Under the pieces are notes generated by a model, which searched no databases, was not told where the DNA came from, and worked only from the letters and a program-made list of their open reading frames with translations. Positions 29,312 through 38,377 of a DNA stretch of 64,000 nucleotides are shown here, in pieces. The position numbers were made by a program, and so were the translations under genes. The DNA lies in the NCBI GenBank assembly GCA_043826355.1, contig JBDRQI010000005.1, forward strand, positions 64,001 to 128,000, read 5' to 3'. Position 1 is the first letter of the stretch. Each line of letters starts with the position of its first letter. The DNA is from Candidatus Omnitrophota bacterium (GTDB lineage: Bacteria; Ratteibacteria; UBA8468; MWAK01).

Positions 29312-30116
29312 TGCGCAAAGTTCTTCCTTTACCGCTTTCCGGGCTGAAAAAAACCCTTTCCCGGTAAAGCTTCAAAAAACGTTTCTTAAAATCTTCAAAA
29401 CTGGAACCGTAGATATGATAGGAATCGGTAATGTCAACGTAAGACCCGACCGATACCGGCTGTTTCAACCTTTCCTGAATTTGAGCCGCCAAGACCTTTT
29501 GAAGGTCGGTCAATCCGTAAATATTCATATAGGCGGCCCGGTAAGCGTCCCGGCTGCGCCAATGGGTATGCATCTGAAGGTTATACCCTTCCCCTTCCGA
29601 AAAAAGCCGGCACCAAACCCGCTGCAGACAGGGCGGGTCGTCTGTTTCCGGATCAACCAGGGGCATCCAGGTAATACCCTGGGCGCGGCGGCTGTAAGGC
29701 TGTTCCGAAAGTTTCCGAACGATATAGTCCAACTGGTTGACGCTTTTAAAAGGAAGCTTCTTCGGGTTGCGGCAGGAAAGGTCATCGGTAACCAGATAAT
29801 CGGTCAGACGCTGGTGATAGGTGTAAGTCCACTTCCCCTCTTCCGGGGCAATCCAGTGGTCGTGAACACCGTCAACCACTTCCTGACGATACTTTTCCAA
29901 ATCTTCAATCCCGCCGCAGAAACCCAGGTGTATCCTGGGTTCGGCAAACGGTTGGCGAATCACCATTACCATTCCTGCGTCCTTGGCCGGCGGGTCAGTT
30001 GGTTTGTCATATTCGGTCTTAATCTGAGTTCCCTTTTCCCACAACAGAACCAGACTCTTCTCCCAAACTTCTGCGATCCCGTCGCCTTCCACAAAAAGAA
30101 CCGGCGCTCCTCCCAT
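29244..30116 (-). CDS. thyA: Thymidylate synthase, archaeal-type
   Basis: YTYHQRL, SRRAQ, catalytic PPCLQ, RSRD...N, SYHIYG. Confidence 0.75.
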   Translation of the reverse strand: MGGAPVLFVEGDGIAEVWEKSLVLLWEKGTQIKTEYDKPTDPPAKDAGMVMVIRQPFAEPRIHLGFCGGIEDLEKYRQEVVDGVHDHWIAPEEGKWTYTYHQRLTDYLVTDDLSCRNPKKLPFKSVNQLDYIVRKLSEQPYSRRAQGITWMPLVDPETDDPPCLQRVWCRLFSEGEGYNLQMHTHWRSRDAYRAAYMNIYGLTDLQKVLAAQIQERLKQPVSVGSYVDITDSYHIYGSSFEDFKKRFLKLYRERVFFSPESGKGRTLRSDDSAVIAGIEYGKELLEAEKK

Positions 30117-30378
30117 CTCATCACCCCGTTAATATGCCCTTACCGATTCAACGGTACGGGTACTCATGTTGCAAATGCAGTTTGCAACAATCCCGTCCTT
30201 TATGATACCACAGAACACTTGCCGCAAGAAAGGCGCTAACATCTAAAATATGGTAAAATATTTGGTCGGTCGCACTGTTTTGCTGTTCACTTTAAATTTA
30301 TCAGGGCGCAGCGCAGTCTGCCAGAGGCGAAGCTGAAGGGATATGAGAAGGGGCAAAACCTTTCTTAAATATTGGTTT

Positions 30379-30453
30379 CGGGGCGTAGCTCAGCTTGGCT
30401 AGAGCGCTTGGTTTGGGACCAAGAGGTCGCTGGTTCGAATCCAGTCGCCCCGA
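30379..30453 (+). tRNA. tRNA-Pro(UGG), CCA not encoded
   Basis: CGGGGCG acceptor stem, anticodon loop TTTGGGA, GGTTCGAATCC. Confidence 0.96.
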
Positions 30454-30518
30454 CTCTTCCTAAAGCTTATATATAAGAATTAAATCTTTTCCTGCCTGCA
30501 TCCCCGCCGGTTCGAACC

Positions 30519-30950
30519 TTAGAAATTCCTTTTTGAAGGGATAATGTACGGTTCCACTTGGTTGAAGTTGCTTAATGACGTCAATACTGCCGACTTCTTC
30601 ATTTCGTTTTTCAGGTAATCGATTATGAATCCGTCGATTCGTTTCCAAATGTAAGAAACAAATTTAACGGGCTTGAGGTTTCCCTGCTTGTCCCGATAAT
30701 AAGGGTCGTAACTTTCAATCTTCTTGTAAACAACCGGAATGATTTCTGCGAGCAAGTCCTCCCCGAACCGCCTAATTAACTCGGGGAATACTCTCCGGTG
30801 GATTCTAAAGATTAAGAAATCGATATGACGAAGAACAATCTCATCCTTGCTTTTCTTCGAACCTTTTTGGGCTTTTGAGATTAAACGTCGTTCTTCAGAT
30901 AGGGTAACTTTTGGATGGTCCTGAATAATGTTGCGGTATAATTCCCACAT
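30519..30950 (-). CDS. Sigma70 region 1.2/2-like protein lacking regions 3-4
   Basis: LSEERRLISKAQKG..KDEIV, EDLL.E, YDP, KFVSYIWKRI...IIDYL. Confidence 0.65.
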   Translation of the reverse strand: MWELYRNIIQDHPKVTLSEERRLISKAQKGSKKSKDEIVLRHIDFLIFRIHRRVFPELIRRFGEDLLAEIIPVVYKKIESYDPYYRDKQGNLKPVKFVSYIWKRIDGFIIDYLKNEMKKSAVLTSLSNFNQVEPYIIPSKRNF

Positions 30951-31059
30951 ATTTAGGTAGCAAAATGGGGGATAATTTTTAAATTATTACGACTAAAAAA
31001 TTAGGTTAGGCAAGGTAGTTATCCAAAAAGCCTAATGGCTATGACGAGAATCGCAAAAT

Positions 31060-32040
31060 GAAGTGAACCCCTATCCTTGGACAGACAGGTTAGAATAACA
31101 TGGCTGGACCGGCGAATTATTTTGTTCTTTGAAAAGTAACCGATTTTCAAACTCCTCCGGGGCAAGTACCCCAGGGAAGAATGCAACCTTTTTTTATTAT
31201 ACACCGCTTCCAGGAAATAGGGAATCCGTCCCTGAACATCCGCGAGGTTTCGTTATTTCCAGAGGTAAACTTCTTCCGCTTTCAGAGTTTTAAAGAAACT
31301 TTCGGCGGTGGCGTTATCGTAAGGGTTGTCTTTTCGGGACATACTGATTTGAAAACCGCAGGTTTTAAGCCGGTTTGTATAATCGCCGGACGCATACTGC
31401 ACCCCGCGATCGGAATGGTGGATTGTTCCCGGAGCGGGATTTCTCCGGCAGATAGCCATATCCAGGGCGGTAAGCGCCAACTGGGTATCCAAACTCCTGG
31501 AGACGCAGTAACCGACGACCCGGCGGGAGAAGGCGTCCAGGATAACCGCCAGATAAACAAAGCCCGATTCTATCCGATATAGGTAATGTCGGATACCCAA
31601 ACCTGATTTGTCGCTGTTGGCGGGCGCTCTTTTGTCAGGTTCGGATAGATTGGATAAGCATGGTTGGAGTCGGTGGTGGTTACCCAGCGTTTCTTAACGG
31701 ATACCAAGAGGGAACTTTCCCGCATGATGCGGAGGACCCGCTTGTGGTTTACGCAAGATCCGTCTATCTTTAAGTTGATGGGTTATATGCCGGTATCCGT
31801 ATTTGGAAAATTCCAGGGCGACCTCTTCTATCCGGTCCCGAAGATCGTTGTCCGTTTTCATCTTTACCCGGTTTTCCGGCCGGTAGTAATAGGTGCTGCG
31901 GGGAATCTTTAACATTTGGCACCGCCTTTTGACGCAGCCGTGGTATCGGGGGGAAAAGCCGGTAACAAGCCTTCTCTTTTCCGGGTTTGTTCGATCGTGG
32001 CGGAAATGGCGTTTTTTAAAAAGCTCTTGATTTCTGCTGT
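31060..32040 (-). pseudogene. IS3-family transposase relic (frameshifted, 5' truncated)
   Basis: YGYR, FVYLAVILDAFSR, HHSDRGVQY, NPYDNA.AESFFKTLK.E, YNKKRLHSSLGY spread over several frames; terminal sequence at 31060-31090. Confidence 0.9.
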
Positions 32041-32042
32041 AA

Positions 32043-32261
32043 TTATACTGGAATCGCCACTCTTCCGACCACAAAGCCGGAATCCTTGGGAACTTTCAGG
32101 TGTTCCTCCTTCATTCCCTCAAGATGAAGTTCTATTGCCTCCTCAACATTCTTCATCGATTCTTCAATCGTTTCACCTTGTGAGTAGCAACCGGGAAGAG
32201 CCGGAACGTCAACCCAATATCCACCTTCTTCCGCTTCGTGAAAAATCACTGTGTATTCCAT
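32043..32261 (-). CDS. hicB: HicB-like antitoxin (short form)
   Basis: EEGGYWVDVPALPGCYSQGETIEE. Confidence 0.9.
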   Translation of the reverse strand: MEYTVIFHEAEEGGYWVDVPALPGCYSQGETIEESMKNVEEAIELHLEGMKEEHLKVPKDSGFVVGRVAIPV

Positions 32262-32269
32262 TTTGCTCC

Positions 32270-32494
32270 TTATAGAAGTTCTAAAAACTGAGATTCGGTA
32301 AGGCCTGCTTTTCGCAGGGCGTCCTTTAGCAACCCAATTTTCAACTCTTTTGTTACCGGAATTGTTATCAGTTGTCCGTTTGTCATCTTGATGTTAACGT
32401 GGCTTCCTTTAGTGGACTTTTTTACGCCTCCTGCCCGTAGAAAGGCTTTTACGGCCGCCTCTCCTTGGATGCTTCTAAGTTGCTTGCCGCCCAT
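32270..32494 (-). CDS. hicA: HicA-like mRNA interferase toxin
   Basis: KGSH, ITIP, ELKIGLL..AGL; upstream of hicB. Confidence 0.85.
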   Translation of the reverse strand: MGGKQLRSIQGEAAVKAFLRAGGVKKSTKGSHVNIKMTNGQLITIPVTKELKIGLLKDALRKAGLTESQFLELL

Positions 32495-32911
32495 GTCAAT
32501 ATTTTACTCTGATTATGACTTTTTGTAAAACACGGGGGTGTTTGATCTCTTCCCTTAAAACTATGTTGTACCACCCACAAGTCTAATCTTTGGCTTTTTT
32601 AAAATTCTTATTAATTCGTCCAGCGTATACACGCCCCCTTGGGTCAGCGGTCAACTGTTTCCACCGGATAATTAATAACCCTTCGTATGTTATAATATTT
32701 CTGCGGGGTTTGGCTGTATGTCTGTTTTCTTTAAGAACAAACCTTACGGGTCTTCTACCTTTACTTATTAAAGTGCTTCATTCTGGGTGCAAAGATCATG
32801 CAAAAGGTCAAGCTGGATTTCCAGTTCGGTGGGGTTGAATAAGGACTGAAAAGAGGTTCGAATTGCGTCCAGTCGCCCCGACAATAAAATAACATTTGAG
32901 GAGGAAAAATT

Positions 32912-34624
32912 ATGACAGCAAAAGGCCTGCCGCTTACGACCCGAATGGAAAAGAGCGTACCGGCCATCGGAGTATTTGCCACCTGCGACCCGCGGGTGGA
33001 TAACCCTTCGCGGGAACGGGCCGCAAACATCATCCGGATGACCGCGGAAATAATCGCCAAATCAGTAAAGACGCCGGACGGCGAACTTGTGCCTGTGGTC
33101 TGGACCCCGGTGTTGATAGACGGAGAAAAAGAGGCCGACATCGTCGCCAGGCAGTTTAAAGACGAAGGGGTGCAGGCCCTGGTCTGCCTGCCGGACACCT
33201 GGGCGTTCCCGCAACTGAGCCTGCTCTCCCTGCTCAGCCACTTCCCCGTCAACACTCCGATTAACCTGACCTGCGGCAACAGCGGGCCGAAACCAGGCGT
33301 GGTCTTTGCGCACGCGGCCAGCGGGGCCCTGGCCCAATCCGGACGTCTTTCGCACCTGAACGTCGGTTCCTGGCCGGATACCGGACTGGAACCGAAGATG
33401 ACCGGCGAGACCGCGGAAGCGCTGATTGACTGGTGCTACGCCGCCTTCACCACGGTAAATCTAAGGGGCAGGCGCCTGGTAAACTTCGGACACGACTCCA
33501 TGGGCATGGAGACCGCCCTGGCCCACATTTTCCCCACCCGGAAGACCTTCGGCATCGAGATTACCCGGCTGGACATGAAGATGCTGGCGGATATGCTCCG
33601 AAAAGGTTCTTACGACAAAAGGGAACTTAAGGAACTGCGAGGCTGGATCGACAAATGCGTCGGCAAACGCCTGGAACTGAAGACCGGGGACGACAGCGAA
33701 CTTTTCAACCAGAGCTTGGCGATGTATTTGATAACCCGGGATTTGATGCATGACCTGAATGCGGTCGGCGGCGGTTTCATGAGTCAGCTGGAATGGGGTT
33801 CGGATAAACGCGGCCTGCCTTTGCCGGTGGCGGACGTGATGGAGTCGCTCTTCAACTCAACCTTCGACCACAACGGCAAAAAACCGCCCCTTCCTTACGC
33901 CACCGAAGCGGATGTCCAGGGGCTATTAACCATGCTCTTCTTCACCGGCCTCTCCGGCGGCAACCCTCCGCTCTTCATGGACTTCCGCAAGGTCTGGGAA
34001 CCGTGGGAGATAAAAAACCTGGCCGGAAAAATTGGCGTCAAATTGAATAATTCCACGCTCTGGGAAAGGAAGGGTTTTGTGGACGGCGACAATTCCGGAA
34101 GTGCGTCTTTTGACTGGGCGGCTTTGCCCGGAGAGAACGTAAGGGAAATTATGAGCCGGATAAAACTGCCGCTGGCGGACCAGTTCTATTTCCCGGGCGG
34201 CGGCAATTCGGTCACCTTCGTGACTCCGGAAGGTATTTCCGGCATAGCGGGCAGGATGGCTTACAGTTCTCTCAACAACCTCTTCTCCATGGTTTGGGAC
34301 GAGGCAACTACCGTGGAACTTCCGGAAAAACTATCCCGGGCCGTCTGCCAGACGTCCACCGCCACCTGGCCGCACACTTTCGTCGTGCCGAAATACGCCA
34401 GCATGCTGGAATACAAACAGTTCGCGCCGGCAAACCACTTCCACATGACCTGGAATTTAAAGCCGGCCCGACTTCAGTACTGGATGGATTTGACCAACGT
34501 GCTCTCCGTAACGCCCTGGAATGGACGGCCGGCGTTCGTGGAGAAGGTTGACCGGCCCACGCCCCTGCTTTACCTGATAAACGGGGGCGAACTGGAAACA
34601 AAAAAACTCCTCAGTCCGAGATAA
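32912..34624 (+). CDS. fucI: L-fucose/D-arabinose isomerase family
   Basis: PGVVF, SMGM, ATEAD, FMDFR, TWPHT, ANH metal-ligand motifs. Confidence 0.75.
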   Translation: MTAKGLPLTTRMEKSVPAIGVFATCDPRVDNPSRERAANIIRMTAEIIAKSVKTPDGELVPVVWTPVLIDGEKEADIVARQFKDEGVQALVCLPDTWAFPQLSLLSLLSHFPVNTPINLTCGNSGPKPGVVFAHAASGALAQSGRLSHLNVGSWPDTGLEPKMTGETAEALIDWCYAAFTTVNLRGRRLVNFGHDSMGMETALAHIFPTRKTFGIEITRLDMKMLADMLRKGSYDKRELKELRGWIDKCVGKRLELKTGDDSELFNQSLAMYLITRDLMHDLNAVGGGFMSQLEWGSDKRGLPLPVADVMESLFNSTFDHNGKKPPLPYATEADVQGLLTMLFFTGLSGGNPPLFMDFRKVWEPWEIKNLAGKIGVKLNNSTLWERKGFVDGDNSGSASFDWAALPGENVREIMSRIKLPLADQFYFPGGGNSVTFVTPEGISGIAGRMAYSSLNNLFSMVWDEATTVELPEKLSRAVCQTSTATWPHTFVVPKYASMLEYKQFAPANHFHMTWNLKPARLQYWMDLTNVLSVTPWNGRPAFVEKVDRPTPLLYLINGGELETKKLLSPR

Positions 34625-34673
34625 TTAAAAATAGCGGTGCGATACATCGCGGCCCTACGCCACGGAGAAATTT

Positions 34674-35399
34674 ATGGTAAAAATAATTGCCCACCAAGGA
34701 TTTTCCGGAAGGTATCCCGGAAATACGGAGATTGCGTTTCAGAAAGCCCTTGCCCTCAACGTCGATGCCGTTGAATTTGACGTTCACCTCTCCGCAGATG
34801 CAGCGTTAATCATATGCCACGACGGGGACGTGGACAGAACATCCGATGGTTCCGGTAAAATCAGTCAACTGACGCTGCCGGAAATTAAAAACTTGGACGC
34901 CGGCGGCTGGTTCGGAAAGGAATTTGAGAAACAGCGTTTTTTAACGCTTCAAGAAGCGCTTGATGTCCTCGGCACCAAAATCAGGCTTAACATCCACGTC
35001 AAGACCTATGAATTTGACCGGGAAAAAATAACGCCGCTAATCGTTAAGGAACTGGAACGCAGAAATCTCCTGCGCCAGGTGTTCATCGCCTCTGGCGAAG
35101 AAACGATTAAACTGGTCAAAAAGATTCAGCCGAAACTGGAAATCTGCAACCTTTCCAGGAAACCCGAAAACACTTACATTAAGCGTTCTCTCTCGGTCGG
35201 GTGCTACATCCTGCAGCCGGAAAATATACAAGTAAATCAATCATTCGTTGAAGAAGCCCACCGCCACGGTATGGAGGTCAACCCGTTTTACGCCGATGAT
35301 ATTGCCGAGATGCGCCGGCTGATTCAATGCGGGGTAGACGGAATATTAACGAATTACCCGGATGTGTTGTTAAGAGTCCGAAAGGCAATCTCCTCATAA
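34674..35399 (+). CDS. Glycerophosphodiester phosphodiesterase family
   Basis: IAHQG..PGNT, EFDVHLS, HDGDVDRTS, GVDGILTNYP. Confidence 0.88.
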   Translation: MVKIIAHQGFSGRYPGNTEIAFQKALALNVDAVEFDVHLSADAALIICHDGDVDRTSDGSGKISQLTLPEIKNLDAGGWFGKEFEKQRFLTLQEALDVLGTKIRLNIHVKTYEFDREKITPLIVKELERRNLLRQVFIASGEETIKLVKKIQPKLEICNLSRKPENTYIKRSLSVGCYILQPENIQVNQSFVEEAHRHGMEVNPFYADDIAEMRRLIQCGVDGILTNYPDVLLRVRKAISS

Positions 35400-35524
35400 A
35401 AATTGCGTTTTTGATTAAATAAACTTAAAAAACGAACTTTCTTGGTACTCAATTTTGAGGAACCGGATCGGGTGCCAAGTTTCGACCGCCAGAGCGACGG
35501 CGGCATATCAGGACTACGGACACT

Positions 35525-35875
35525 ATGCCAGGAAAAATGTTGTCGGAACAGATTAAAAAAATCAACGAATCCACACACCTCAGTGAAACAGATAAGAACC
35601 GCCTCATTTCGGAACTGCTCAAACATGCTGCGCCGCAACCCGACAGCCCGGAATTCAATCCGGCAGGCGGATATATCCTCAGTTTCCTCTTTCCCCCGCT
35701 GGGCTTATTCATCGGCGGCCATTACCTGTTCCGCTATGGGGAAGACGGGGTTAAACCCGGCATAATCTGTATCACGCTCACTTCTATTTCACTGGTAATC
35801 GAACTCCTGCTCTTCAAAAACATGCTCCGGGCTCTCCTGTCCGGCCTTTCCTCCTTGAAAATCCCGGGCATGTAA
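35525..35875 (+). CDS. Hypothetical membrane protein
   Basis: Two TM segments, SFLFPPLG motif. Confidence 0.6.
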   Translation: MPGKMLSEQIKKINESTHLSETDKNRLISELLKHAAPQPDSPEFNPAGGYILSFLFPPLGLFIGGHYLFRYGEDGVKPGIICITLTSISLVIELLLFKNMLRALLSGLSSLKIPGM

Positions 35876-35922
35876 TTACAATAAAAACTCAAGCAAGCTT
35901 GGCAACTACAACAGCAATTCTT

Positions 35923-37296
35923 ATGAAATTCTATATCAGGACGTTCGGGTGCCAGATGAACCAGGCCGACAGCGCCTACCTGTTCGGTCGCCTCATTGAG
36001 GCCGGGTACCGGAAGACGGAAGACCCGGAAGAGGCACAGGTCATCATCTTCAATACCTGCAGCGTCCGGCAACACGCAGAGGAGCGGCTCTTCCAAAACC
36101 TGAAAACGTTGCAGCCTCTGAAAAAGAAGAGGCCGGAGTTGATTATCGGCCTGATCGGTTGCATTCCGGCCCTGCGCCGGGAGATGCTGTTCCGCTCTTT
36201 CCCTTACCTTAATTTTCTGGCCGGTCCAGAAAGTCTGGCCATGATTCCGGACTTGATTTCCCGCAGTAAAAATGGCGCGCAGATTGCGGTCTTTGACTCC
36301 AAATTAGATTCCTATGCCTGCCCTCAAGCGCAAAGGAATATCAGCGCTTTTCTACCGATAATCATTGGCTGCGACAACTTCTGCAGTTACTGCGTGGTAC
36401 CACTTACCCGGGGCAGGGAAAAGAGCCGACCGGCCGAAGATATTCTGACAGAGGCGAAAAAAATGGTTTTCGGCGGCGTCAAAGAGATAATCCTCCTGGG
36501 TCAGAACGTCAATTCCTACCGGGAAACGACAGGGACGAGATTCCCGCTTACAACATGCGGGAATGACATCGTTTCGGGTCGGATAAATCCGCCCCCCGGA
36601 AATAAAGGGATCGAAATCGATTTTCCGGAACTCCTGTCCCGGATAGCCGGGCTATTCGGCATCTTGCGACTGGGTTTTATGACCTCCCACCCCAAGGACG
36701 TCTCCCCGAAACTTTTTAAAGTAATCGCCGAACATTCAAGCATCTATCGCCACCTGCACCTCCCCTTGCAGAGCGGTTCCGACTCCATCCTGCAGACAAT
36801 GAACCGCGGCTACACCGCCGCCCATTACCGGCAGAGAATGGGAGAAGCCAGGGAAATTGTTCCCGGGTTGTCGCTCACTTCGGATGTCATCGCGGGATTT
36901 CCGGGCGAAACGGAAGATGACTTTAATAAAACCTTATCGTTAATTGAGGAAATACAATTTGATGACTTGTTTGCCTTTAAATATTCGGACCGCCCCAAAA
37001 CTAAAGCCGAAAGACTGGGCGGCAAGATTCCGGAAAAGACGAAAGAGGAACGCTTGGCCAAACTCTGGAAACTGCAGGACGGAATCTCCCTGAAAAAAAA
37101 CCTGGAGATGAAAGGTAAAACTTGCGAAGTTCTCTTGCTGAGCGAGAGCTGGAAAAGACCGGGTTTCCTGATTGGCAAGACGGAAAATGGAAAGAAAATT
37201 CTCGTTTCGGAAAACGCAAAATCAGTCGGTTCTTTAGTTCGGGTTCAAATTACTTCGGTTGACCGCCGCCTGCTCTACGGGGTTGCCGAAAAATAA
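35923..37296 (+). CDS. miaB: tRNA methylthiotransferase
   Basis: [41 protein letters not shown] domain. Confidence 0.95.
   Translation: MKFYIRTFGCQMNQADSAYLFGRLIEAGYRKTEDPEEAQVIIFNTCSVRQHAEERLFQNLKTLQPLKKKRPELIIGLIGCIPALRREMLFRSFPYLNFLAGPESLAMIPDLISRSKNGAQIAVFDSKLDSYACPQAQRNISAFLPIIIGCDNFCSYCVVPLTRGREKSRPAEDILTEAKKMVFGGVKEIILLGQNVNSYRETTGTRFPLTTCGNDIVSGRINPPPGNKGIEIDFPELLSRIAGLFGILRLGFMTSHPKDVSPKLFKVIAEHSSIYRHLHLPLQSGSDSILQTMNRGYTAAHYRQRMGEAREIVPGLSLTSDVIAGFPGETEDDFNKTLSLIEEIQFDDLFAFKYSDRPKTKAERLGGKIPEKTKEERLAKLWKLQDGISLKKNLEMKGKTCEVLLLSESWKRPGFLIGKTENGKKILVSENAKSVGSLVRVQITSVDRRLLYGVAEK
36538..36594. repeat. Two REP-like palindromes embedded in frame in miaB
   Basis: AGATTCCCGCTTACAACATGCGGGAATGAC (27/30 to 19024) and GGGTCGGATAAATCCGCCC (cf. 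3788). Confidence 0.85.
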
Positions 37297-37310
37297 ACAG
37301 GACACGCGCC

Positions 37311-38342
37311 ATGAAAAATTTTACGGTTAAAGCCAAAATGATATGTACGCTCGGTCCGGCTTCATCAAGTGAAACTGTTATAAGAAAAATGATGCGCGCC
37401 GGCATGGATGTTGCGCGTCTTAACTTTTCGCACGGAAAACCCCAGGAATTGCTTCACAGAATAAAACTCGTCCGGCTTTTAAACACGAAACACCGCAGAC
37501 GCATCAAACTTCTCGGCGACCTTCAGGGCCATCGGATAAGGATAGGCCAATTCGTTGCTCCGTTAGAGCTTAAAAAGCGCCGGATAGTTTGGCTTTCCCG
37601 CCAAAAGACAAAAAGCGAAAACGCAAAAATACCATTCGATTACCAGGGACCGTTAAGCGGCATTAAAAACGGCTGCCAAATATTTATAGACGACGGTAAT
37701 ATCGCTTTGGAAGTAATCGGCCGGTCTAAAAACAGCCTGAAGGCCCGGGTAATAGCCGGCGGGCTATTAAAGGAGCGCAAAGGCGTAAATATTCCGGGGG
37801 CACAGCTTGAGTTCGGCGGTATAAGCAAAAAAGACGCCCGGGATATACTTTTTTGCGAAAAAACCGGTGTTGAATATATTGCGCAGTCATTCGTGCGTAC
37901 AAAAAAAGATATTTTAGAGGTAAGAAAACTTCTCCAGCCGGGTTCGTCCTGTCAGGTTATCGCTAAAATTGAATGCCGGGAAGGCATAAAAAATATTGAC
38001 GATATAATCAAAGTTTCAGACGGCATTATGATTGCGCGCGGAGACATGGGCGTATCGCTCCCTGTTTACGAAATTCCTATTATTCAAAAGATGATTATCA
38101 AAAAATGCAATCGCGCCGGGAAATTTGTCATTACCGCCACCCAGATGCTTGAGAGTATGACGGATAACCTTCGCCCTACCCGCGCAGAGGTAACAGACGT
38201 GGCAAACGCCATAATAGACGGCACTGATTTTGTGATGCTCTCGGCAGAGACGGCAGCGGGTAAATACCCCGCCGAAGCGGTTACGATGATGAATAATATA
38301 ATAAAATTTACGGAAATAAATTCGAGTAAATTGTTTTTATAA
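37311..38342 (+). CDS. pyk: Pyruvate kinase, short form without C-terminal domain
   Basis: [48 protein letters not shown]. Confidence 0.92.
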   Translation: MKNFTVKAKMICTLGPASSSETVIRKMMRAGMDVARLNFSHGKPQELLHRIKLVRLLNTKHRRRIKLLGDLQGHRIRIGQFVAPLELKKRRIVWLSRQKTKSENAKIPFDYQGPLSGIKNGCQIFIDDGNIALEVIGRSKNSLKARVIAGGLLKERKGVNIPGAQLEFGGISKKDARDILFCEKTGVEYIAQSFVRTKKDILEVRKLLQPGSSCQVIAKIECREGIKNIDDIIKVSDGIMIARGDMGVSLPVYEIPIIQKMIIKKCNRAGKFVITATQMLESMTDNLRPTRAEVTDVANAIIDGTDFVMLSAETAAGKYPAEAVTMMNNIIKFTEINSSKLFL

Positions 38343-38377
38343 GCACCCGGTTCAACGCCAACAAACACGGAGAAAAT

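Larger units (their letters stand above)
30440..32882. mobile_element. Decayed island integrated at tRNA-Pro
   Basis: tRNA 3' end TCCAGTCGCCCCGAC repeated exactly at 32868-32882; accessory cargo in between. Confidence 0.78.

Noticed and set aside
29184..30239. Long antisense ORFs (also 16420-17082, 39808-40713, 50066-50785, 58756-59499)
   Set aside because: Shadows of well-supported genes on the opposite strand, with no motifs.
30117..30240. THF riboswitch upstream of thyA
   Set aside because: Only a GACGGGA-TGTTGC resemblance; other conserved elements are missing and the promoter lies too close.
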